Below are positions 37,784 to 46,800 of a DNA stretch of 64,000 nucleotides, piece after piece. The DNA lies in NCBI GenBank assembly GCA_009774145.1, contig VSND01000010.1, positions 14,335 to 78,334 of the forward strand, written 5' to 3'. The notes beneath the pieces are model-generated. The model searched no databases and was not told where the DNA came from. It was given only the letters and a program-made list of their open reading frames with translations. Made by a program: the position numbers and the translations under genes. How positions within the stretch are numbered: the first letter of the stretch is position 1; each line of letters begins with the position of its first letter. Origin of the DNA: Lachnospiraceae bacterium. GTDB taxonomy: Bacteria; Bacillota; Clostridia; Lachnospirales; Lachnospiraceae.

Positions 37784-39745
37784 CTACTTTTTTACAAACT
37801 GCACCAGCACCCGCGCAATCCGGCACAGATCGGTAACCCATGCAAAGAGCACCTGATTTTCCCGAAGCGCCCGGTGTCCCTCTCTTAAGGACTCCAGATA
37901 GGCATGAAGGCTTTTGCTGCTTGTCCCGCCATAGGACATATAGATCAGGATCTCCGGAAGATAGGAAAGACTTACCTGTCTCCGGTATAAAATGCGGACC
38001 ATGAATTCATAATCCGCCGCAATCCGGTAGTCGGTCCGATAGACGCCGAACCGGTCATACACTTCTTTTCTCAGATACATGGTAGGATGTCCCGGAAGCC
38101 AGCCGGTCCGGATGCTTCCCTGCCCCTGATGCCAGCGGCGCACGATCCGCTCTCCTTCCATATAATAGAGATCTCCATGGACTCCGTCCGTCCCTTCCGC
38201 CTCCATCACCTGTACCATCCGGGTAATCACATTGTCATCTGCATACCGGTCAAAGCAGCACCCGATAATGTCCCCGGAAGCCAGCCGGATCCCTTTGTTG
38301 ATGGCGTCATAAATGCCGCCGTCCGGCTCGGAGATCCATATCACCCGGCCCGGCATCCGCTCTTCCATCCGGCGGATCAGTTCCATCGTCCCGTCTGTGG
38401 ATCCGCCGTCCACAATGATATATTCCAGATTTTCATAATCCTGCCTGGCAACCTGATCCATGACACGTTCCAGATTGACGGCATCGTTGTACGTCGTCGT
38501 AATGACCGACACCTTCGGTAATGTACTCATCTGTTCTCCCCGGCCTGCCAGTTCGTGATACAGCTTCACATATTCCTGAAAACGGCCGTATTTTTCATAT
38601 TGTGCTGCCCGCCTGAGACAGGCTTTCCGGCTCTTTGGCTCCTCTTTTTCCAGAAGAACCGCCTGAAGAAGCGCTTCTGAATCCCCTTTGGGTACCACTC
38701 TGCCGCAGCTTTCATCCAGGCTCTCCGGGCTGCCTCCGGTATCAAAGGTGATGACCGGCGTCCCGCAGGAGAGCGCTTCCAGATTCGTAGTCGGAAAATT
38801 GTCCTCCAGCGTGGCATTGACGAACACATCCGCCATGGAATAATATTCCGCCAGCTCTCTGACCGAAGAAGTTCTCTCCAGCCCGATAACCTTCCCCGGA
38901 AGCCCTCGAATCTGCTTTTTCGAAAGTCCGATCAGAATGACCTGATATCCTTCGGGAAGACGCTCCGCCAGCCACAGCAGATACGAAAGGCCTTTGCGCC
39001 GCTCCCACACGTTCGCCACACCCAGAATCACGAATGTTCCGGAAAGTCCCAGAGTTTCCCGAAGCCGGCTCTCTGTCGGGCAGAACTGCTGCCGGTCGAT
39101 TCCGTTCGGAATTACTTTTATTGGATATTCTTTCAAAAACGACTGCTCCGCCTCCGCCTTCAGCCATCTCGACGGCACCGCCAGCACCAGATCCGGCACG
39201 CCGGTATAAGCGGCCTTCTTTCTTATATAATTCCTCTCTGTCCGGTTTTTAAACAATGCGTAGGGATAAGTTCTGCGGTATTCCCTGCAGCCGCTGCAGC
39301 CGGTCTTCCACCGGTCGCAGCCATGATAATCATAAAAAGCACAATGCCCCGTATAGGGCCAGCAGTCATGCAGGGTCCAGACAACCGGCTTTCCCGCTTC
39401 CTTCAGATATTCGAACAGGAGTTCTGTCTGAAGGATAAAACCGTGAATATTGTGCAGATGAATCACATCCGGATCCCACCTGCGAATCTGGCGGATGAGA
39501 CGCCTGGTCTGTCCCTTCGAGGCAAACCCGTGCTCTCCTTTGAAAAACGTAGAGAGCACATGCAGCGCCATATCCGGCACCGATCCGAAACGGTATGCAT
39601 GAATGCCTTCCGGCGCTTTCCGGCGGCCGTAGGCTACTAGAGGCACGTCCCCGTTTTTTTCCAGCGTATGACAGATATCCACCAGAATCCGGCCCACACT
39701 TCCGCTGCCGCATACGGTGCTGATCTGTAAAACTTTTATACTCAT
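37784..39745 (-). CDS. Bifunctional glycosyltransferase (N-terminal GT4/GT-B module fused to C-terminal GT2 module)
   Basis: The N-terminal ~400 aa are GT4-like (..EDNFPTTNLEALSCGTPVI..). The C-terminal ~250 aa are GT2-like (VSVITTTYND, VDGGSTDGT). Confidence 0.8.
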   Translation of the reverse strand: MSIKVLQISTVCGSGSVGRILVDICHTLEKNGDVPLVAYGRRKAPEGIHAYRFGSVPDMALHVLSTFFKGEHGFASKGQTRRLIRQIRRWDPDVIHLHNIHGFILQTELLFEYLKEAGKPVVWTLHDCWPYTGHCAFYDYHGCDRWKTGCSGCREYRRTYPYALFKNRTERNYIRKKAAYTGVPDLVLAVPSRWLKAEAEQSFLKEYPIKVIPNGIDRQQFCPTESRLRETLGLSGTFVILGVANVWERRKGLSYLLWLAERLPEGYQVILIGLSKKQIRGLPGKVIGLERTSSVRELAEYYSMADVFVNATLEDNFPTTNLEALSCGTPVITFDTGGSPESLDESCGRVVPKGDSEALLQAVLLEKEEPKSRKACLRRAAQYEKYGRFQEYVKLYHELAGRGEQMSTLPKVSVITTTYNDAVNLERVMDQVARQDYENLEYIIVDGGSTDGTMELIRRMEERMPGRVIWISEPDGGIYDAINKGIRLASGDIIGCCFDRYADDNVITRMVQVMEAEGTDGVHGDLYYMEGERIVRRWHQGQGSIRTGWLPGHPTMYLRKEVYDRFGVYRTDYRIAADYEFMVRILYRRQVSLSYLPEILIYMSYGGTSSKSLHAYLESLREGHRALRENQVLFAWVTDLCRIARVLVQFVKK

Positions 39746-39932
39746 ATGATTCCTTTACATCTTTGTACGGCCCGTCTGTCAGAAATCTGTTCCTGCCGTA
39801 TATGCCGCTTTCTTATTTTTCCAAACGGACGCCGCTACAGACGGAGTATGCTCCGCCTGCAGCGGCTGGTCCCGGAAGAATTTATATAAAACAGCACATG
39901 GCGTTGCTGTTCCGATGTCTTCCGGCTTTCAG

Positions 39933-40069
39933 CCTGTTATGGGCATATGTTCCTGAAAGACCCATTGAAGGGCGCCGGTCCTTAGGCGCGGTCTTTTCGC
40001 GCCTTAGTACCGCTGCTGCCCTTCACTAAGCGCAAGCGGGGTCTGGGAGGAACATATGCCCATGGCAGG
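39933..40069. repeat. 137-bp composite palindromic (MITE/REP-like) element
   Basis: 25-nt arms at 39939-39963 and 40039-40063 are complementary at 22 of 25 positions. Nested stems GAAGGGC/GCCCTTC and AGGCGCG/CGCGCCT. The left 45 nt are homologous to 3465..3509. Confidence 0.55.
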
Positions 40070-40222
40070 CGTCCGGGGCAGAGCAGGTAATCAGAAGTTC
40101 ATGATCATGAAACCGTGCGTTGCCCGTACCTTCTTTCTATGCTATACTTGCATTAACTGTTCATCTGCATCCTCAGATATCAGTGACACAGATTCAATAT
40201 ATAGTATAAGCGAGGTATCTCA

Positions 40223-41005
40223 ATGATAATCATACAACCTTCCGGCGGTTTATGCAATAGAATGCGCGTGATTAATTCCGGATGGAGGCTTGCACGGGAG
40301 CGGCAGGAGAAGCTTCTCGTACTCTGGAACTGCAATCCGGAGCTGAACTGTCCGTTCGAAGCACTGTTCCGGCCGGTGACGGAATTTAAGATCACCAGCA
40401 TTCATTCTGTAGCAGATCCGCGCAAGTTATTCTACCAGAAAACCGCCCGCAGTTACCTGACCAATGAAGAGCTGCTCGCCCACAGAGACCAGAACGGAGT
40501 CCTGAACCGGGACTATGTAACCGGTCTGAAGAGCAATCTTTATATTTTTACATGGGAATGGTTTTATCCTTCCGAAGATTACCATCTGTTTGTGCCCACA
40601 GAAGCGCTGCAGATGCGGATCCATCAGATGACCGCCCGGTTCGGACGGTCCTGTGTAGGTGTGCATATCCGGAGAACAGACAACCAGCCTGCCATCGGGA
40701 AAAGTTCTACCGATGCATTTCTGGATTCCATGAAGAAAGAGATCGCCGCCGATCCGGATACCATGTTCTATCTGGCGACGGATGACATGAGGGAAGAAAC
40801 ACGGCTCCGGGAAGTCTATCCGGACCGTATCCTCTCCAATCAGAACCGGTGTCTTCGAAGAGACAGCCAGGAGGGCATGCAGGATGCCCTCCTGGATCTC
40901 TACTGCCTCGCCGCCACCCGAAAGATCATCGGCAGCTATTTCAGCTCCTTTACCGATATTGCCGCAGATATGCACGGAATCCCTCTGTGCATTGCCGGGG
41001 AATAA
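40223..41005 (+). CDS. Putative glycosyltransferase of the fucosyltransferase superfamily (GT11/GT23/POFUT-like)
   Basis: N-terminal SGGLCNRM and an HIRRTD motif (compare HxRRxD motif I of alpha-1,2/1,6-fucosyltransferases). 260 aa. Confidence 0.45.
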   Translation: MIIIQPSGGLCNRMRVINSGWRLARERQEKLLVLWNCNPELNCPFEALFRPVTEFKITSIHSVADPRKLFYQKTARSYLTNEELLAHRDQNGVLNRDYVTGLKSNLYIFTWEWFYPSEDYHLFVPTEALQMRIHQMTARFGRSCVGVHIRRTDNQPAIGKSSTDAFLDSMKKEIAADPDTMFYLATDDMREETRLREVYPDRILSNQNRCLRRDSQEGMQDALLDLYCLAATRKIIGSYFSSFTDIAADMHGIPLCIAGE

Positions 41006-41018
41006 AGGACAGCCTTTT

Positions 41019-42500
41019 CTATACGGTTTTGCAGGATCTCTGGATCATCTGGTAAACTTCCTGATAGTCCCTGCCATGCTTCCTGCACAGGGAAACCACA
41101 CTGTTGTATTCCGGAAAATACCGTTCCATACCGCCGTACCTGCATACCTTTACCTGTGCTTCTCCAAGAATGGTCTGTACCGTGCGAAGCTCCCGCCGCA
41201 GAATCGTACGTTCCATGGGAATCCGGCGGATGCCGATCGTCGTAGTCTCCTTGAAGATGATCTCTTCCATGCGCGCAATATCCGCTCTGGTGCAGATCAC
41301 ATTCAGCTGATAGGCCGGACGGTTTTTCTTCATGTAAACCGGCATATAATGCACGTCTCTGGCGCCGGCTTCCATCAGCCGTTCCATCGCATAACCAAGG
41401 CCTTCTCCGGTACAGTCATCAATATTGGTCTCCAGCTTATAGATGAGGTCTTTCTCCTCTGCCTGATCCTCAATCAGCATGGCGCGGAGCATGCTTGGAC
41501 GGTCATAGGTCCTCTTTCCGGCGCCCATTCCCATCTTTTTTACCGAAAATATTTCCGGAAGCCGGTCGCCGGTCCGAATTGCCGCTGCGATGGCCGCTCC
41601 TGTGGGCGTCACCAGTTCGCCTTTTGTCTCCGTGATATGCAGCGGAAGTCCATGTGCCTGTACGATATTCATGACCGCAGGCACCGGCACCGGCAGGATC
41701 CCGTGCTGGCAGCGGATGGTCCCCTGTCCTTCGTTCAGTTTCGTAATTATTACATCCGTAATCCCCAGATTGTCCAGGCAGACCGCAGCAGCTACAATGT
41801 CCACGATGGAGTCCACTGCGCCCACTTCATGAAAATGCACCTGATTTTCCGGCACTCCATGGGCTTTCGCTTCCGCCTCTGCCAGAATCCGGAAAATCTT
41901 TTCCGCCGTTGCCTTCGCACGCTCCGTCAGATCCGCATGCGCTATGATATGCAGAATTTCCGGAAGTCCTCTGTGCCCATGCACACGGCCCCCTTCGTGG
42001 CGATGCAGCTCTGCTTCGTCATGAGTATGCCCATGGACATAACTGCCGGCTTCCTCCTGATGATGCCCATGAGCATGCAGCACATCCGCTTCCTCGCGAT
42101 GATATCCATGGGCATGCACATCCGCTTCCCCGTGATGATGCCCATGGGCATGCACATCCGCTTCCCCATGATGATGCTCATGAGCATGCACATCTGCTTC
42201 CTCGTGATGATGTCCATGAACATGTCCATCCCCTGCTTCATGGCTGTAATCGTGTCCGTGCAGATACTCCATATCATGATCATGGTTCTCATATCTTTCA
42301 TCCAGAACCACATCAAAATCACACATATCAAGTCCTGATTTTTTTACCCGGCTGATAACCGTTCGAAACCCTCCCACCGGAAGGCTCTTCAGCGCCCGCT
42401 CCAGCACCTCCTGGTCCGCGCCCAGATCCAGAAGCGCCGCCACGGTCATATCGCCGCTGATTCCGCTCTCACATTCCAGATATAATAGTTTCTTCTCCAT
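41019..42500 (-). CDS. larC: Nickel-pincer cofactor biosynthesis protein LarC (nickel insertion) with expanded His-rich region
   Basis: Start trimmed to the ATG at 42500 (MEKKLLYLECESGISGDM, the LarC N-terminal signature). Contains a His-rich insert with about four (E/G)EADVHAHxHHH repeats. Confidence 0.85.
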   Translation of the reverse strand: MEKKLLYLECESGISGDMTVAALLDLGADQEVLERALKSLPVGGFRTVISRVKKSGLDMCDFDVVLDERYENHDHDMEYLHGHDYSHEAGDGHVHGHHHEEADVHAHEHHHGEADVHAHGHHHGEADVHAHGYHREEADVLHAHGHHQEEAGSYVHGHTHDEAELHRHEGGRVHGHRGLPEILHIIAHADLTERAKATAEKIFRILAEAEAKAHGVPENQVHFHEVGAVDSIVDIVAAAVCLDNLGITDVIITKLNEGQGTIRCQHGILPVPVPAVMNIVQAHGLPLHITETKGELVTPTGAAIAAAIRTGDRLPEIFSVKKMGMGAGKRTYDRPSMLRAMLIEDQAEEKDLIYKLETNIDDCTGEGLGYAMERLMEAGARDVHYMPVYMKKNRPAYQLNVICTRADIARMEEIIFKETTTIGIRRIPMERTILRRELRTVQTILGEAQVKVCRYGGMERYFPEYNSVVSLCRKHGRDYQEVYQMIQRSCKTV

Positions 42501-42677
42501 TTGTCTCTGATCTCCTGTCATCTCAATCTGGAAACCAGTATACCATTAAGTCCTTCTTTTTGCCAATACATTATACCCAAACGTTATCCGTGCCAAAACA
42601 GATCGCTGCTGTTCACTCCTGTTTAGCCCAGGGCTCCCGTCATGAGCATATATTCCTTACTTTCTGACTGATACCTC

Positions 42678-42716
42678 AAAAAAGAGGGTGTTGTATCAAA
42701 CTCTGATACAACACCC
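42678..42716 (-). terminator. Intrinsic terminator after the giant-protein / K/E-rich-protein unit
   Basis: The minus strand has a 13-bp perfect stem, GGGTGTTGTATCA with TGATACAACACCC, a 5-nt loop, then TCTTTTTT. Confidence 0.7.
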
Positions 42717-42764
42717 CCTGACTGCATTCCTGAACGGATGGCCCAAGTGCAGGTAATAAACCTC

Positions 42765-43793
42765 TTACGCCCGCCGGATACAGGATTTTTTCTCCTTCTG
42801 CTGATCCGCAAGCTCCGGCATATACGCAGCCGCACGATATGCCGCATACCCGCTGGAGCTTCCAAGGGAAGGCACAGACGGGATGGAATCCTCCGTACCC
42901 TCTGCCTGACCAAAGGCCCGAACCTCTTTTGCCTTTTCATCCATCATTCCGGCTGCGATCATAAACTTTGCAATCTGCTCTGCTGACATCTCGCTTTCCG
43001 TCATCCGTTCGGAAACAACAGAATCCTCGATGCGTTCTTCCTCCAGCTGCCTTTCCTCCATCAGCTCTTTCACCTTTTCCCTCTCGATCATCTGCCTCCT
43101 TATGGCCTCTTTCTGCGCCGCCTCCTGTCGAATCTTCTCTTCCATCTTTTTCTTCCTGTATGCCTCCTCTCTGCGCTTCTCCTCCGCCTTTTTCTTTCTG
43201 GCTGCTTCCTCTCTGCGCTTTTTCTCCGCCTTTTTCTTCTTTATCTTTTCGTCTTCTTTTTTCCTGTTCTTTTTATATATTTCCAGACGCTTCCGATCCA
43301 GCTCCTGCTGCCAGGGTTTCCGCAGAATGACAGATGCCAGCTTCTTCTCCACCTCCCGCATCCGGTTCAGACGGGCCAGCATATAAGCAGCATCTTCCTT
43401 TTTCATATTTGCCGCCAGTTCCGCCAGCTTTTCTGTCTTCGCACGCTCTGCGTCATTTCTGGTCCGGCTCTGTTTCAGACGCTCTGCGTAAGCCTCCTCT
43501 TCCTCTTCCAGAGCCATAACCTTACTGTAAAGCTGGGGATCGTGCTTTTTCAGATATTCTTTTTCCGCACCGGTAAGTCTGGCGCCTGACTGCAGTTTCG
43601 CCCGTATTTTGCCGAGTTTTTCCTGCACCGCCATCTCTTCGCTGCTCTTCATACCCGGAGAAAGAGCCTGTGTGGGAGAAACACCCGGATCAATCTTATC
43701 TGTCCAGAACAGGTCACCGGATGTTTTCATCTCCAGATAGCTCAGCATCTTTTTCTGCTTCAGATACTGATATGCATTGCTGTAATATTCCAT
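42765..43793 (-). CDS. Lys/Glu/Arg-rich coiled-coil protein of unknown function
   Basis: 342 aa. The central ~150 aa are almost entirely K/E/R/A, with a 42-bp internal tandem duplication at 43166-43249. GGAGG RBS. Confidence 0.6.
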   Translation of the reverse strand: MEYYSNAYQYLKQKKMLSYLEMKTSGDLFWTDKIDPGVSPTQALSPGMKSSEEMAVQEKLGKIRAKLQSGARLTGAEKEYLKKHDPQLYSKVMALEEEEEAYAERLKQSRTRNDAERAKTEKLAELAANMKKEDAAYMLARLNRMREVEKKLASVILRKPWQQELDRKRLEIYKKNRKKEDEKIKKKKAEKKRREEAARKKKAEEKRREEAYRKKKMEEKIRQEAAQKEAIRRQMIEREKVKELMEERQLEEERIEDSVVSERMTESEMSAEQIAKFMIAAGMMDEKAKEVRAFGQAEGTEDSIPSVPSLGSSSGYAAYRAAAYMPELADQQKEKKSCIRRA

Positions 43794-43891
43794 ATGGTCA
43801 GGTCACCTCCTGACTGTGCTGCTTTATGAATCGTTTCCCTGTAATAATACTTCGACTGCATCAGCAGCAGAGATAAGCAGCGCCGGTAATT

Positions 43892-46800
43892 CTACCGGAT
43901 CTGATCCAGGATTGACGGATCCTTGATCTTCTTATCTTCAGCGAGCAGCACGATCTTGGACATGATCTCTGCGGTCTTCGGGTCTTCATCCACAAAGGGA
44001 AGGAAGATCCTGCCCCGCTTCTGGCTGTGAACCGGCAGAATATGCAGCATGGCGCCGCCCTCCTGATGGACCACGCCGCTTCCCAGATGCACATTGTAGG
44101 AAGCTCTTGTCCCCTGAATCTTTGCATGGCTTTCCGTCAGCGTCACATTTTGGAAGCCGAACAGAGACAGGTTCAGTTCCACGATAACACGGCGCATCTC
44201 GATGGTGGAATGGCTGGTTTCCGGATCCACACCTCCTGCATGAGCCACGCTCACCGCCAGATCCACATCCCGCATGACCTCGCTGTAGATCAGCTTTGGC
44301 ACCTCCCGGATCGTCAGGGATTCAAACGTCTTCCGGTTGAAAAATTCCACCCACTCCAGCGTAGGCGCCTCCACATCGCTGGGAGAGAACCAGTCTGCCA
44401 GCGCATAGATGCGGGCAACGATATTTTCTTTATAATAGACTTTCTGCAGGCCTTCCTCATAGTCCGCCACCCAGCGGCGCCCCTTCAGGCAGCCCACGGT
44501 TCTCTGGGGCTGGATCTGATTGCCTGCGAACATCCGGGAAGCCTTCTGGCCCAGCTCCTCATCCAGTTTCACATACAGCTCCCGGAACACCTGCTTGAAG
44601 GGCTGGCGGATCCTGTGATCGAACAGATGTTTCTGATATGCATGCCAGACGCCTGCCTCATACAGATGGAGCGGATGGGCGATCTGAAGTTCTTCCTCTG
44701 CTTCCACCGCCAGCGGTTCTCCCTCCAGCGGTATCAGACAGAGCGTTCCTTCCGGCAAAAGCTTCAGAAAACCGGTCTGATCTCCCCGCAGGAATACCAG
44801 CGGGCTTAAGATCGCACACACCACCGGATTGTCAAGAAGCGCCGCCAGTTCCGATCCCTGGAACCGGTCGCCGTTCTCCATGGATTCTTCCATCATCTTC
44901 CGGGTCCTCGCATACTGCTCTTTCAGGTTCTTGTGAGCCTCTTTCAGCTGCAGCACATGGGGCTGCTTTCCAAGTCTGGAAGGCACGGATTTCAGCTCCT
45001 TCTCCTCCCTGCGGCACCGGATCGCACTCTTTCCTTCCTCATCCACGCACAGACGGACCTCCACATCCTCGACTGCCGTCCACTCCATGAGCGGCTTCAT
45101 GGCCTCAATGAGCCGCGCTTCCATGGTCAGCTTCAGACGGGTCACATCTGCATACCCCGCCCGGACGCTTAAGTTCACAAGGGCAATATCCGCCGCCTTC
45201 CCTTCGTTTGCGCGCCGCTGGGCGCCGAACTGACGGCTTTCTTTACGGAATTTTTCGATAAACTGATAGCGCTCCAGCAGATCCTGCTCCCGGTCCTTCC
45301 GGAAGGGGGCAAGGCCGTAGCTCATGAGCAGATCCTTATTCCTCTTCTCTGTAATCTCCTGTGCCAGAGCGGAAAGTTCCGTCTTTCCTCTGGCGGCATC
45401 CGCATATTTTCTGGCGCGGGAATGCTTCTGCCCGTCCGAAATGTATTTTGCCGCCTCATAGAGCTTGTTGAAATTCTCCTCTCCCAGCTGGCCGTACGCC
45501 TCCTCAAACCACGACACATCAAAGGCGCCGTCCTGCAGTTCCTCCGGCGTCAGCGGCGTATAGCGGGCGATGACCGCCTTCTTCTGGTCGTCAAACCGCT
45601 CATTCATATGCGCCATGAAATAATAGCAGCCGCTCTTAAGGCCGGCCCAGCCCAGATAATCCTGAACAATATCGATCCACTGGGGCGCATACATGGCAGC
45701 TTCCACAAAACGGTCCTCCCGGATCCGGGTTCCCTTCACCGCCTCCTTCAGGTCTGTACCGGTCTCATCAGGCAGCGGATAACACACCTTCAAAAGGCTG
45801 CACAGCACGTCCCGTTTGGTACGCAGCCCACCATTGTAGTGCCAGGAATAATAGGAATCTCTGCTCAGCTTGTCCTTTCCAAGAGCCATCAGAATCCGGA
45901 CCAGGTAATCAACCCCGCGGATATAGGAGACACCGCGCATATCCCAGGAAAATTCCGTCTCCGCTTCGCCTCTTCGAAGCTCCGTATCCACCAGCACCGG
46001 CACAATCTTTTCATACAGCCGGCGAATCAGCGCTCCAATCCAGGTATCCTCTGCAAAATACGCCTCGCCTGTCTCATAGATTTCCTTTGCCGGCGCTTCT
46101 CCGAAAAACAGGTTCATAATCCGGCGGTTCAGCGGCTTGACTCCCTCGCCCTTTGTCACCATACAGAGCACCGCCAGCGTGTCCTCACGGGCAAAATATT
46201 CCATCACTGCTTTCGTCAGGCTGTCCTCCGAGATCATCCCCATATGAAACGCCTTTAAAAACCAGTAGGGCCGCATCCCGGTCATGGGGGTGTCCTGCTG
46301 CCCGTAGACGCCTCTGGGGGCGATAAAATCCCGCCTTCTGCGGCCTTCCCGGCAGCGGATCTCAAAGCTCCATGCAAGGGCGAAGACTCCGGCGAACTCT
46401 TCGTCCGTCTCCCAGTACTGCAGGCCTTCAAAATACCGGTTGAACAGCGGCATCTCGCAGATCAGCTTTATCACGTCGTTCATGCGTCCGTTCCACCCGG
46501 GTGTCTGATAATAAATCTGTTTGTTTTCTGAGCTGACATGGGGAAGCAGCGCGCTCACCACCTGCATCCCGGTCTCAAAGAGCGCCTTTTTGTCCAGATA
46601 CTGCCAGCGGAAGACATTTCTCAGCGCTCCGGTCTGTCCGGAATACGTGAGCCCCAAAGACGCCCCCGTAAGAGGCATCTGCCCAAAGAGCTTTTCATAA
46701 AACGGCTTTGCTGCCTTCAGCCCCTCCGCACTGAACCCGAGCATAATCGCTTCCAGTACGATCATCTTATGGTAATCGCCGATCTGTGTCTCATAAAACT

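Noticed and set aside
39763-40401. ORFs 39763..40029 (+) and 40180..40401 (-) in the divergent spacer
   Set aside because: They overlap the palindromic element or the 5' end of the 40223 gene. They have no RBS and non-protein-like composition.
40884-42338. 484-aa plus-strand ORF with M/P/I-rich repeats
   Set aside because: It is antisense to larC. Its repeats are the mirror image of the His-rich cassette.
45380-45403. P-loop-like string ADAARGKT ([AG]x4GK[ST]) in the giant protein
   Set aside because: It is an isolated pattern match in a helical, charged context, with no preceding hydrophobic strand and no Walker B. It is probably fortuitous.
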